Of a stretch of DNA of 20,005 nucleotides, positions 9,328 to 20,005 are shown in pieces (within the stretch, counting starts at the first letter, position 1; every line of letters starts with the position of its first letter). The stretch comes from Ginkgo biloba (taxonomy: Eukaryota; Plantae; Ginkgophyta), in NCBI GenBank assembly GCA_024626585.2, contig JANKJI020000002.1:32632982-32652986 (forward strand). The letters are read 5' to 3'. The translations under genes and the position numbers were made by a program. The notes under the pieces are model-generated. The model had not been told where the DNA came from. It saw only the letters and a list, made by a program, of their open reading frames with translations, and ran no database searches.

Positions 9328-12300
9328 NNNNNNNNNNNNNNNNNNNNNNNNNNNNNNNNNNNNNNNNNNNNNNNNNNNNNNNNNNNNNNNNNNNNNNNNN
9401 NNNNNNNNNNNNNNNNNNNNNNNNNNNATTATTTTATTACTAATCATTGGCTTAAATTCTATTTATAAGATATTGTCATAGTCAATGGTCAAGAGAATGA
9501 TGAATCCATCATGCACGAGTTGGTGGCATAATTTAGTGAGGAGGATCAAGGGATCCTATATAGATGTGGGTTGTAGAGGGTCTCATTGACCTCGTAACTT
9601 AACTTTAATGAAGAGATCATGAGGTAGTTGGTAAGGTACTAGGGACCAACTATTCACATGTTCAAATTAGCTACCTTTAATGAGGTATAAATAACAAATA
9701 TAGATGTATATAGAGTGACTCAATTGTACATGAGAGGCAATTTCCATATGAAGGAAAGTGTCAGAACAAGAGGTGGGTCTCTATCTAAGTGGACGCAAGT
9801 GGTCTAGTGATGTGACCATTTATGGTGTAGTCATTAATGTATTACAAAACAATAAGGTCCCATTGATATAGAGAGTGATTATAATATTCATGGTATTTAG
9901 GATCTCTTATAGCCATAATTTTGGGGGTGTCCTATTTGGATATTTTCTAGTGATAAAGAGGTGTATGTAAGGTATAAGTCTTGATTATTCTATATATATT
10001 CTTTAGGCTCTGGTGAGCCAGTTGGATGTGATATGATGGAGGGGCCACATGACCCTTACTTACAGTTCATTCCTACTATAGCGATCCCAATTCCAATAGG
10101 AACAAATGAGCCCCTTATGAGAAGGTATTATATGATGATAATATCCTCATAGCACCTTTTGACTCATTATAGAAAGGGAGGTACTTAGGTAATATTTATA
10201 GAGATGAAACCATATATGAGGATCATAGAAACTTATAGAGATATCCATTGGGATTCAAATGAATTTTTTCATGATAAAGAGGTAGATGGGACCAAAGGAG
10301 AGCCAAGCTAACAAGAGGGATAGGTAGTAGGTGGAGAGAAGGGCAAGGTAAAAAAGTAGTAAAGGGACTAACCCTTAAGAAGAGAGGATGGAAGATAGAG
10401 GATTCCCCGCATATTGTCATATGGAGGCTAAGAGAAGGCCCACATATTGAATATGAGATTCTATCATATAGAGGAATAGAGAGAGATAGGTGAGTTATTA
10501 GGATCTTATAGTGAGTATCCACTACATGGTACATAATTCCTTATCCTGCTTTCAAATTCTATCTAGCTGTAGCAACTTAACTAGCCTCTTAACCATCAAA
10601 TTCATGCTGTGACTATAATTACAACCATGATGATACTAGTGGAATAGGTATGGTCTATCCCCAAGGATATGCTTTATTATATGAGAGGATATTTGACTGA
10701 ATATTTCATGGATAGAGGATACTTAATCATAACATATCCTCATACAATCACTTTTGCACTAGTTGTCTAGTCCTAAGAGTGCCATAAGGATCTACTAGAG
10801 GAGAATGGATGACTATGAGAAGAGGTTATACCTTAAGATGGGCACTAGAAGCTTTATTAAAGATCATTAGGAGCCATCTAAATAAGGGAAAAGNNNNNNN
10901 NNNNNNNNNNNNNNNNNNNNNNNNNNNNNNNNNNNNNNNNNNNNNNNNNNNNNNNNNNNNNNNNNNNNNNNNNNNNNNNNNNNNNNNNNNNNNGCGTCTA
11001 AAGATCTCTCTTATACCTAAGATCATGATTTTATTTTGATTAAGTTGTGCTCCCAGATTCACAAAAATATATCGAAGTTTAGGTATCTACGGATTTTCAA
11101 GTGTAAAATCACTATAATCCACCAAGATCATGGACCCAAAAAGTTTATGCATCTTTGATAATATTGAGTTTGATTTCTCTTTATCACATAATAAAAAAAA
11201 TTATGTTTGAGGAATTGACTCATTGAATGATGAAGAGAAGTATATAGTCCCAAGTCTTGCACACTCAACCAAGTATAAACTAGATCTAAGTAGAGATAGG
11301 GTCACGTCAAAGCAATTTTATCGTTCTTGATCGATGGTCTCCTAAAATCCTAATTTGATGAAGAAATGTATAGGCAAAAGATTGGAAGTCACTCCAGTCG
11401 ATCATACACTCACATATCTTAGTATGTCAAAGAGAGAACTTGTACCCCTCATGTCTCATGCAAAGGTAATGTTTGTGGTGGCAGAATGGATATGTTTTGA
11501 TTAAGGAGGGAGTGACCTATTAATTATCCCATTTTAAATATTTTTCAAGAAAGAATTTAGTCTCTACAAAGCATTCTAAAGAAGTGAAGGCACAAAGAGA
11601 AGAGGAAGATAGAGTTGATATTGTAGAAGAATCCTATTTGATTCATGAAATATGAGCATCCTTTGGGTTTAGAGTATCCATTATGAATATGAAATCACTA
11701 ACATGGAATGACATGAGATTTTCTTTGTTTAATCATAATTTTAATTGGAAACTCCTAAAACCACCATCACCACCTTCTCACTCATCTTTGCGATAGAGAC
11801 TTATTCACTAGATATATTAAGGACTAATAATTAATGAAACTAAGAATAATTCTAATAATATAGAAGAAGATTCCTTAGATTTACGGTTATGGGAAATTTT
11901 ATGGGAATCTTTATTCATTCAAACATTTTGTAGAGAGATTCAAATCCTTATAAGAATAAAAGAAATAAAATTTAGAATATATGTAATTTAATTTTGAATT
12001 ATATAGGAGCAATAAGTAGAATATTTTTTAATAAATATATGTAAGAACCTCAAAGATGAGAGATGATATCCAAGCATATATAACAGTTTGTAACTATTAA
12101 ATAAAAGTTCTTATTTCTCCAAAAATTATGCAAATTATAAATGCCTTTAAATAAGTCATTTTATTTATTTAGTTCTTAGGGTTTTAAAGAATTATCTTTA
12201 TTGGTAAATAACTAGGTGGATAATAAATTTAAATGATCCTAGTGCATCATATTGAATTTTTGTTATGTTTTAGACTTTGTAGCCTTGATAAATAAGGTTT

Positions 12301-12518
12301 AAGCATAGGTTGTTGTAATGAATACATGATTTATGAGAATTGTAATTTCTTCAAAACTGATGTGTAATGATTTCATCATTTACACTTATTAAAGTACTAT
12401 ACATCAATAGTATTAAAGNNNNNNNNNNNNNNNNNNNNNNNNNNNNNNNNNNNNNNNNNNNNNNNNNNNNNNNNNNNNNNNNNNNNNNNNNNNNNNNNNN
12501 NNNNNNNNNNNNNNNNNN

Positions 12519-12575
12519 TAGGGCTAGGATTATGGGTGTAATCCTAGGGTTTAGGGTTATGGGTGTAACCCTACG
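12519..12575 (+). repeat. Short degenerate telomere-like (TTTAGGG-related) repeat at a gap edge
   Basis: tagggctaggattatgggtgtaatcctagggtttagggttatgggtgtaacccta: two copies of tagg(a/g)ttatgggtgtaa(t/c)ccta with one TTTAGGG. Confidence 0.5.
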
Positions 12576-13030
12576 ATTGAACCGAACCCATTCTATCAAG
12601 AAGGAGAATGGATGGTTTATCCAAATGGAGAAATGGAATCCATGATGCTGAAGCCCTGGTATCATTTCCTAACATGGGGTTTCAGGGGTGGACTCTAGCG
12701 GATCGATAATAGTTGCTAGGGGCTGATGGTGGCATTTATGCACCAGAGGTTTGGCTTCCCACGTAGGAGAGCTCCATAGGCGGTCCCCATGGCCAACCAA
12801 TAGCGTTGGAGCACATATTGCAATATCTTCCCTACTAACATACTGACCACTGACTTACTAACGTTAAAGTGAATAAATATTTGAAGTGGTAGACGTTTCC
12901 ACTCTTTACTTATATTAATATTGTTGTTCTTTCTAGGGAATCAGGTTGTTACAATTTTGGAGGTGGACTAATGGATAGATAGGATTATTAGTCTTATATA
13001 TAATAGTACAAACTCACAAACATACAATCA

Positions 13031-13366
13031 TCTATACTTATATCTAAAAATTGAGTGACCGTACATGTAGGCTAAATAAGAAAACAATCTACGTCGATCC
13101 TACTAGTGGACCTCCATGTTGGGTTTGATTACCTTCGTGATGTTGGACCCACAGTGGTGGACTGAATCCAACCTAAATATATCATGAAAACTAATAAAAA
13201 AATATGCATTAATCTAAATAAGAAGTAAACATTTAACTATTCAAACCCATATATAATTGGGGTTGACTCAATAACAAGTATTATTAGATCATAATAAAAT
13301 TAAAGTGTTACCAAAGTTTTAACAAACTAATATTTTATGGTAATATATGCCATGGGTGTGTACTTT
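13031..13366 (+). mobile_element. Possible non-autonomous Helitron remnant
   Basis: Begins A|TCTATACTTATATCTAAAAA, typical of plant Helitron 5' ends. A short 3' hairpin atggta-atata-tgccat (13337-13353) is followed by gggtgtgtact, but the CTRR terminus is degenerate. Similar 5'-type motifs occur at ~13366 and 16862. Confidence 0.3.
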
Positions 13367-15059
13367 ACTTATATATAACTAAAAAGTAGGGAGTATATTT
13401 CATGTAAATTATAATAACCAGATTTATTTATTTTTTTTCTAGACATAATTATCAATGTTAATTTAGGCAATTTAATTGAATATTAGCTAGATATTTATTA
13501 GTAACGAACACAATTTTCTTTATTGAGAATGAATTTAATGGCCTGTATCAATGTTGTAAACTAATCGTAAGTAAAATGTTTAACATATAATATTAATTAT
13601 GATTTTTTTTAGGCAGGATTAGTAGTTTATTTTTTCAAGGACTATATTTCCTTATTTTAACTTATTAGATACATGTAGCATATTACAGACTACGTACACA
13701 CCATCATTCTTTACATAGATGTCACTTTGAAATCTAAGGAAACATATAAGGTAAGATGTTTTAAAAGGCATCAAAGATCTTTTTCTTGTCGCAATTCTCA
13801 ATCAATTATTAATGTGATTAGTATAGTTTACTACGTAAATGAATGGAATAAAGGATTAATTATATCACTAACTAGTTTGGGAATACGCCATTTGATTCNN
13901 NNNNNNNNAGGCATCAATTTGACTTTTACTTCTCATTCATAATTTTCAAGGTTTGATAATTTCCCTTCTTCGATGTTTCCCAACATAATTTGGAACAAAT
14001 TAGCATGTTGCTCATCTTGATGACCTTTAGGAAAACTCAATATTCTATACCTTTGTTATATGAAAATGTTTCCTTTCCTTAATTAAAAGTTGTTGGTGTT
14101 AAATGGTATAATTAAATACTAATGAGAAAAGGTCAATAATGCTTAAACATGCTAGTAAATGATTAGAGNNNNNNNNNNNNNNNNNNNNNNNNNNNNNNNN
14201 NNNNNNNNNNNNNNNNNNNNNNNNNNNNNNNNNNNNNNNNNNNNNNNNNNNNNNNNNNNNNNNNNNNNNNNNNNNNNNNNNNNNNNNNNNNNNNNNNNNN
14301 NNNNNNNNNNNNNNNNNNNNNNNNNNNNNNNNNNNNNNNNNNNNNNNNNNNNNNNNNNNNNNNNNNNNNNNNNNNNNNNNNNNNNNNNNNNNNNNNNNNN
14401 NNNNNNNNNNNNNNNNNNNNNNNNNNNNNNNNNNNNNNNNNNNNNNNNNNNNNNNNNNNNNNNNNNNNNNNNNNNNNNNNNNNNNNNNNNNNNNNNNNNN
14501 NNNNNNNNNNNNNNNNNNNNNNNNNNNNNNNNNNNNNNNNNNNNNNNNNNNNNNNNNNNNNNNNNNNNNNNNNNNNNNNNNNNNNNNNNNNNNNNNNNNN
14601 NNNNNNNNNNNNNNNNNNNNNNNNNNNNNNNNNNNNNNNNNNNNNNNNNNNNNNNNNNNNNNNNNNNNNNNNNNNNNNNNNNNNNNNNNNNNNNNNNNNN
14701 NNNNNNNNNNNNNNNNNNNNNNNNNNNNNNNNNNNNNNNNNNNNNNNNNNNNNNNNNNNNNNNNNNNNNNNNNNNNNNNNNNNNNNNNNNNNNNNNNNNN
14801 NNNNNNNNNNNNNNNNNNNNNNNNNNNNNNNNNNNNNNNNNNNNNNNNNNNNNNNNNNNNNNNNNNNNNNNNNNNNNNNNCACATTTAGAGTCTCTATTA
14901 TTGGGTTCATCCATTTTTGTGGAGACATAATTTAATTCAAATTGGTTCTTACCCTTACCTATCTGTCTAGAATAATTTGTTGTATAACTCATTACTCCTT
15001 AGGAAGAAACACTTTGGTCCTAGGGGTATCAACTCAAGAAACTTTTTACGTTTAGACCT

Positions 15060-15450
15060 TGAGGATTAACATTAAAAACACCACCCTATGGTAAACCCGT
15101 ACAAAATATACGGCTCATAAAGTTAAAAAAAAGACGATCTCGGGTCAGAGGGAAAACGACAAAAGACAAAACGTTCTTATTTGACTTGACTCTGGAGTTA
15201 ACTAAATTGACGTTGAATGTAACTCACGTTAAATCAGTATTCCAGTAAAATCGGACTCGTCGGAAACATCGCCGCCCGAAACCCGGAAGGGCTTAGTACT
15301 TGCCCGCAAATATACATCCGTACTTTATGGCTCTTTTTTCGGCAAACTAATGAAGGAGTATCCCGCAATATCTGTCGTAAAATATTATTTATCGTTAAAT
15401 GAATATCTCTGTTCCCTTTTTAACGGCACTCGTGTTTCTTTTCCTTGCGT
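15060..15450. promoter_or_regulatory. CpG-retaining island, candidate unmethylated cis-regulatory region
   Basis: Dense CG dinucleotides (e.g. tcggactcgtcggaaacatcgccgcccgaaacccgg, ~15251-15286) against a strongly CpG-depleted background. Tandem W-box-like TTGACTTGACT at 15181-15191. No associated gene visible. Confidence 0.35.
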
Positions 15451-16813
15451 CTCTAATGTTATAGTTTGATTATCCATCCATACGTGGTGAATATGATGGA
15501 TGGCATCATCTTGTTGTCGGCATCCCATGAAATGTACATGTCATGCATAGTATGATGCCATCGTTATGGCCATTAGGAGTTTGTGTGTATATGGCTACGA
15601 TACGTACATACAATTGGTCTCCAATGTTAGCCCAAGTGGCAAAGATCAATCACTTTCATCACATTGGTAAAAGGTTCAAATCTTGTAATAAGACATATTA
15701 TGCCAATGCGCAGTGTCGCTTATCGAGACAAGTTAACTAGGTTGTCCAAAAGAGAAAGTGTTGACACTAATCAAGAATTTTCTTATCTTACCATGCAAAT
15801 CAATCTTTTCCCGGTTTAGTCTAAGATATGCTTTAAATTGGATTACTCTAATAAAACTGCTCTTAAAGACCCCATCCATGCAAAGATCATTTTTTTAAGA
15901 AAAGTTGTCCTCTCCGCTTCAAGTGAGAGATGTAAAACAAAGTTCTTCTACGTATGATCCTCTCAATTTTTCAAATTACTCTTCATTTTAACAACAAATG
16001 TACTTATAGCCCAAATGCGATTATATGATTAAAATAAATGACATTTGAAGGGTAATGAAATCGATTAAATAAAAAAGATCTCATCAATTGGTATATTCAA
16101 CATCAACAACAATGGTTATTGATGATGTTATTAATTCCAATTTTTTTGTCTTCAACAATAATCTATTAATATCTTCCACTATCATATTTTTCATAGTATT
16201 CAATTCTTGAATAATGCAGTTGATACTTTTTCCCTTTTATTGATCTAGCAATTCCTTTATTTCCTTTTCCCCTTTAGTAGTTGCTAATAAATTTTTATTC
16301 TTCTTATTCTTCTCATACTTTTTTTTCAAAAAATAAAATGATTATTCTACTATTGTAATAATTGGCAAACAATACTACATTTCATTATTTTTAACATTGA
16401 TTTACCTATTTTTATCAACTATTTCATTTAAATCATCTAAAATGACTTATTCTTGTGTTTTTATTTCCATAGTATTAGGAATTTATTGAAGTTCATTAAA
16501 GATATATAATATCCCCCATGGCATGATGTAATCTTGCAATTCTCCTTCTATACTATTACTTAGTCTACAAAGGGTTTGAATAAAGATTAAGCACAACATT
16601 GAAGAAATAATAGGTTACACATAGAAATCATGAGTCAGAGTTAATACTAAGAAGATATACTGAGTAGATATATAGAGTTAATGAATTTTAATTTATTATA
16701 TATATATTCATATAAATCTCTCAAAAGGGAACTTATATTTTTTAAAGAGTTCAATCACATATTAATGGTCATGGATGGATGGTCACAGATGCATCCATAT
16801 GTTCTTATATAAT

Positions 16814-16852
16814 TGTGTGTGTGTGTGTGTGTGCGCGCGCGCGTGCACACGC
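16814..16852. repeat. Compound microsatellite (TG)10(CG)5 TGCACACGC
   Basis: Read directly: (TG)10 at 16814-16833, (CG)5 at 16834-16843, with purine/pyrimidine alternation continuing to 16852. Confidence 0.95.
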
Positions 16853-17837
16853 TCACATATATATACTATATATCTAAAAAAATTGGAATGTATATCCATC
16901 CATCCACAAATTAAATTTAATAAAATTTTGANNNNNNNNNNNNNNNNNNNNNNNNNNNNNNNNNNNNNNNNNNNNNNNNNNNNNNNNNNNNNNNNNNNNN
17001 NNNNNNNNNNNNNNNNNNNNNNNNNNNNNNNGTTGTTGAGAAGGGGGACTAAAGTGTAATTATAGTCATCAAAAGGAAAAGAGAGGCCTTATTGGTGGAA
17101 CATTAGATAGTGAGGGAACTAATAAAAAAGTTTTGCATGTCAATTATATTTTTTTTCTCAATAATGCATATTCATATTTTTACTCTAGTGATTTAAACAT
17201 ATAATTTAAATGGAGTAAGTATTGGAATTTAATATGTAGTTAAACATGAGAGATAAAAAATAATGAATTACTCTAAAGGGTTTTACATTACCCCTATAAC
17301 TTGAAGACGCTTAGCCTTTTTATTTGGGAAAGTTTGAAGGACTAATAACATGAGATAGTTTCATTAGAATTATTGATTTCCTCAATTATAATATAGTTAT
17401 AAATTATGGGAAATAATAATTCAAATAGTACCACCTTCCTACTTGTGTAGGAAGGTCAGTTTATGAATACTTAGGTGTGCACCAAATTGGTTTACGTTTG
17501 CAAAAGATGGTTGTGGATTTGGAATTATTTTTGTTCCGTGGTTTTAGTTGTAACATGCACATTTGGTGATGAATTAAGTATCATAATTAATGGATATTGA
17601 GCATTATACAAGGGAGGTATTTGGGATGGATGTGGAATTTGTAGGTGTTAAGCCAAAATTTTGGCCCAAGCATAATTATAATATAAGGCATTTTTAGCGT
17701 AGTAGGCAATCAAAGGTCATAAATATATGATTCACAATGATGCCATAATTTTGTAGGTGATGTATAATTATGATTATTGATCAATCTTATCATGCCATGT
17801 TTACCTTTTTTGGTTGAGAATTTTTCACCTATTATGG

Positions 17838-18239
17838 AAAAAGGGAGTTTCTAAAGAATATACTCTCCCTTTTCTAGTAGGGTACTCCACACTCACCAAG
17901 TAACTAGAGAGATTATTCTCAATATGGCTCATTATATTTTTCCCTTCCCTAGTTAAATAATTCCTTATCACCAAGGAAAAATAAAATATTTGAATAATAT
18001 AATCTCAATTTGTTAGTAAGGTGCTTCGAATTTGTTAGGGAACTAGGGAGATTATTCCTCATAAGACAGTCGAGTAATTATATGCCACATTTTCCTTCCC
18101 TAGTTGATAACTTCCCACTCACTAGTTAAAAAGGGAAATTTATAAATAATATGCTCTCCCTTCCCTTGTAGGGTTCTCCATTATCACTAGGAAATCAAGG
18201 ACATTATTCTTGATAAGACAACCAACCAATTTCTAGGGG
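17838..18239. repeat. Degenerate tandem repeat, ~2.8 units of ~140-150 bp (possible CACTA subterminal array)
   Basis: Recurring blocks: aaaaaggga..aatat(a/g)ctctccctt..gtagggt.ctcca (~17838 and ~18128), aactag.gagattatt (~17901, ~18041) and ttt.ccttccctagtt (~17938, ~18089). Confidence 0.65.
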
Positions 18240-18589
18240 AAAAGGAAATATAATGAAGCATACTCCTAATAATGGATGAACAAAATAAATTAATCTTTCT
18301 TTAGGAAAAAATAATGAACCTAATATTACTTAGAAATCATTTATAGGATGCTACTATAGGTGAAAGATTGTAATATTAGGAAATATGTAGCATGGTATAT
18401 GAGGAATTTAATATCTATAATTCAACATTAGGAAGATATGCCAAGATCCACAATTTAATGAAGAGATAGGTGGTGGGAGTGTACCAATCATAGTGGGTAA
18501 TTTCCTTCATCATATTTGGAGGTTGATTTTATTAGGGTGAATTTATAAGGTAAGGTTAGTATTCAAGTGTATATATATATCATAAAATA

Positions 18590-20005
18590 AGACAAATATT
18601 CGAGGCAAGAAAAGGTTGTTGATCAAATAGTATAATAATTGTATCCCTTTTACTATTTTTCTTTACATTGTGATTTGAAAAAAGAGTTAAGTATTATAAA
18701 TGAGAATAGTTATTATGTCCTTCTTATACTAAGTGTAAAAGAGTTCTTTCTTGATTAAAGAATCATGGTAACTTTCTAAACATATGAGGTGGTAGAGTAT
18801 GATTAGAGTTTGATGGTTGATGACTGGTATCAATTTGTCACCAAGTTCATTAGGAAATTTTCACTAGCATAATAATTTTTGTAGGTCTTAGGTCTAATTA
18901 AGATGGTAGAAATTCTAGTTATTTATATGGGTACCCAACCATGGTAGAAATCATTCATAGATATGAATATGGTTATATGTATATAGGATATAAACTATTG
19001 GATATTGATGCCAAGACTAATTTAATGATTTTAGGCCTTCTAAATTATAGCAAGGTAGTGGATCATCGAGATGAGGGTAAAACCACCTCTTGGATAAATA
19101 TTTATAATGTATTGTACCTGGGTTATAATAAGATAAATGTGTATTATTGGTCTNNNNNNNNNNNNNNNNNTTCACTATTTTATCTTAATAAAATACATAA
19201 GCTCTATGGGATGCATGAATATTTGAAATTATATTATATTTTGATGAGTTTAGTATCTACCTAAGCATATGGTGGGGAATTATGGTATCCTATCGTACTC
19301 TAGGGGAATTTTTCAATTAGGCTTAGTGCTATGTAAACAATCTTAATTGTTTCTATAGTCCTATTCAATAGATATATGGATTGGAACATCATGTGTATTT
19401 TGATGATGGAATTAATTCAAAAATTAAATTATTTTGATGTTACTATGTAACATAGATTCCATACCTATACCTCTTTAGATAGATATTCACAAAATATAAA
19501 TGATGAAATGATATCCTCTTCAGTGTTTAAATAGTATTTCTTCACCCATCTCATTACTCTAAAGGAAAGAGTGACATTTTTTGTGTCTTCACTATATTAT
19601 GTTAAGGAGCAGTAGTTGGAGGTTGATTGGGAGGATTTTACTTATAGATAAAATTTGATATTGAAAGGACAACCAACTATTAACTATTTTAATTTTTTTT
19701 GGCGCATGAAGGGAGAGATAAAAGGATAGATTTATAATATGAAGAAAGAATTAATTTAGTATAACCCATAGGAATTATCTAATATCCATTCAATATATAA
19801 GTTATAGATAAATAAACAAATTTTCTCTTCTTATCATTAGTGGTCATGGGAGAAGAATATGATTCAACCTCAAATGAAAGATCCAAATCGTATGATTCTC
19901 TAGTATGCTCTAATAGTTTTTTTTTTTTCTCTCTTGCAACCATTTGCATCCAATAAGGACCTTAAAATGAAGAAGAGGTTTGGTTATCCATCTATGGAAT
20001 CCTTG
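18590..20005 (+). mobile_element. Probable highly decayed CACTA/EnSpm (Tnp2, Transposase_21-like) transposase relic
   Basis: Frame-broken peptides in the order expected for Tnp2: FEARK (~18600; cf. YEAKK), YYVLLILSVKEFF then SKHMRW (~18710-18792; cf. WYFPIIPRLKRLF..AKLMRWH), LGL..DG (~18888-18907), SWINIYN (~19088; cf. SWP..VYN), MHEYLK..FDEF (~19211-19250; cf. IDVYLQPLIDEL), LHP (~19944). An upstream repeat array and a degenerate CACTA-like end (cacctattatggaaaaa, 17826) fit this reading. Confidence 0.4.

Noticed and set aside
9428-11760. Purine-rich, TE-looking sequence including ORF 10223-10534
   Set aside because: Probably decayed repeats, but I could not identify any diagnostic domain.
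12519-12575. True telomere or interstitial telomeric array
   Set aside because: Only one perfect TTTAGGG; more like TE-associated degenerate repeats.
3486-14992. ORFs containing long X runs (e.g. 3486-3914, 4767-5066, 14099-14992)
   Set aside because: Artefacts of reading through N gaps.
15250-15310. snRNA/Pol III gene (USE-like aaacatcg) or tRNA
   Set aside because: No RTCCCACATCG USE with correctly spaced TATA, no A/B boxes or cloverleaf, and no snRNA sequence.
18941-19264. 107-aa ORF as an intact gene
   Set aside because: Spans a gap and is better explained as part of the decayed CACTA-like relic.

Overview
AT-rich, CpG-depleted eukaryotic draft-assembly sequence, almost certainly from a land plant, with 11 N-gaps (3585-3892, 4960-5059, 6906-7005, 7756-7775, 9328-9427, 10894-10993, 12419-12518, 13899-13908, 14169-14880, 16932-17031, 19154-19170). 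None of the supplied ORFs is a credible intact gene. The best-supported functional element is invisible to the ORF track: a minus-strand snoRNA cluster at ~3051-3543. It holds two tandem box C/D snoRNAs of the plant snoR37 type, with guides complementary to 25S rRNA ACAGCCAAGGG and, in one copy only, ACUCUAGUCC. These are followed by a two-hairpin box H/ACA snoRNA whose 3' pocket fits 25S rRNA UCAUUG-U-G-AAGCAGA. The window start has two candidate small + strand exons (235-258, 369-~405). The rest is mostly decayed transposons: a CRM-like Ty3/gypsy gag-protease relic (~8270-9327, -), a probable CACTA relic (~17826-20005, +), weak LINE and Helitron fragments, a composite 67/36-bp minisatellite (7231-8012), a (TG)10(CG)5 tract and a CpG-retaining island near 15060-15450. 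rRNA sequences, family consensus motifs and yeast/human site numbers are from memory and were not searched.
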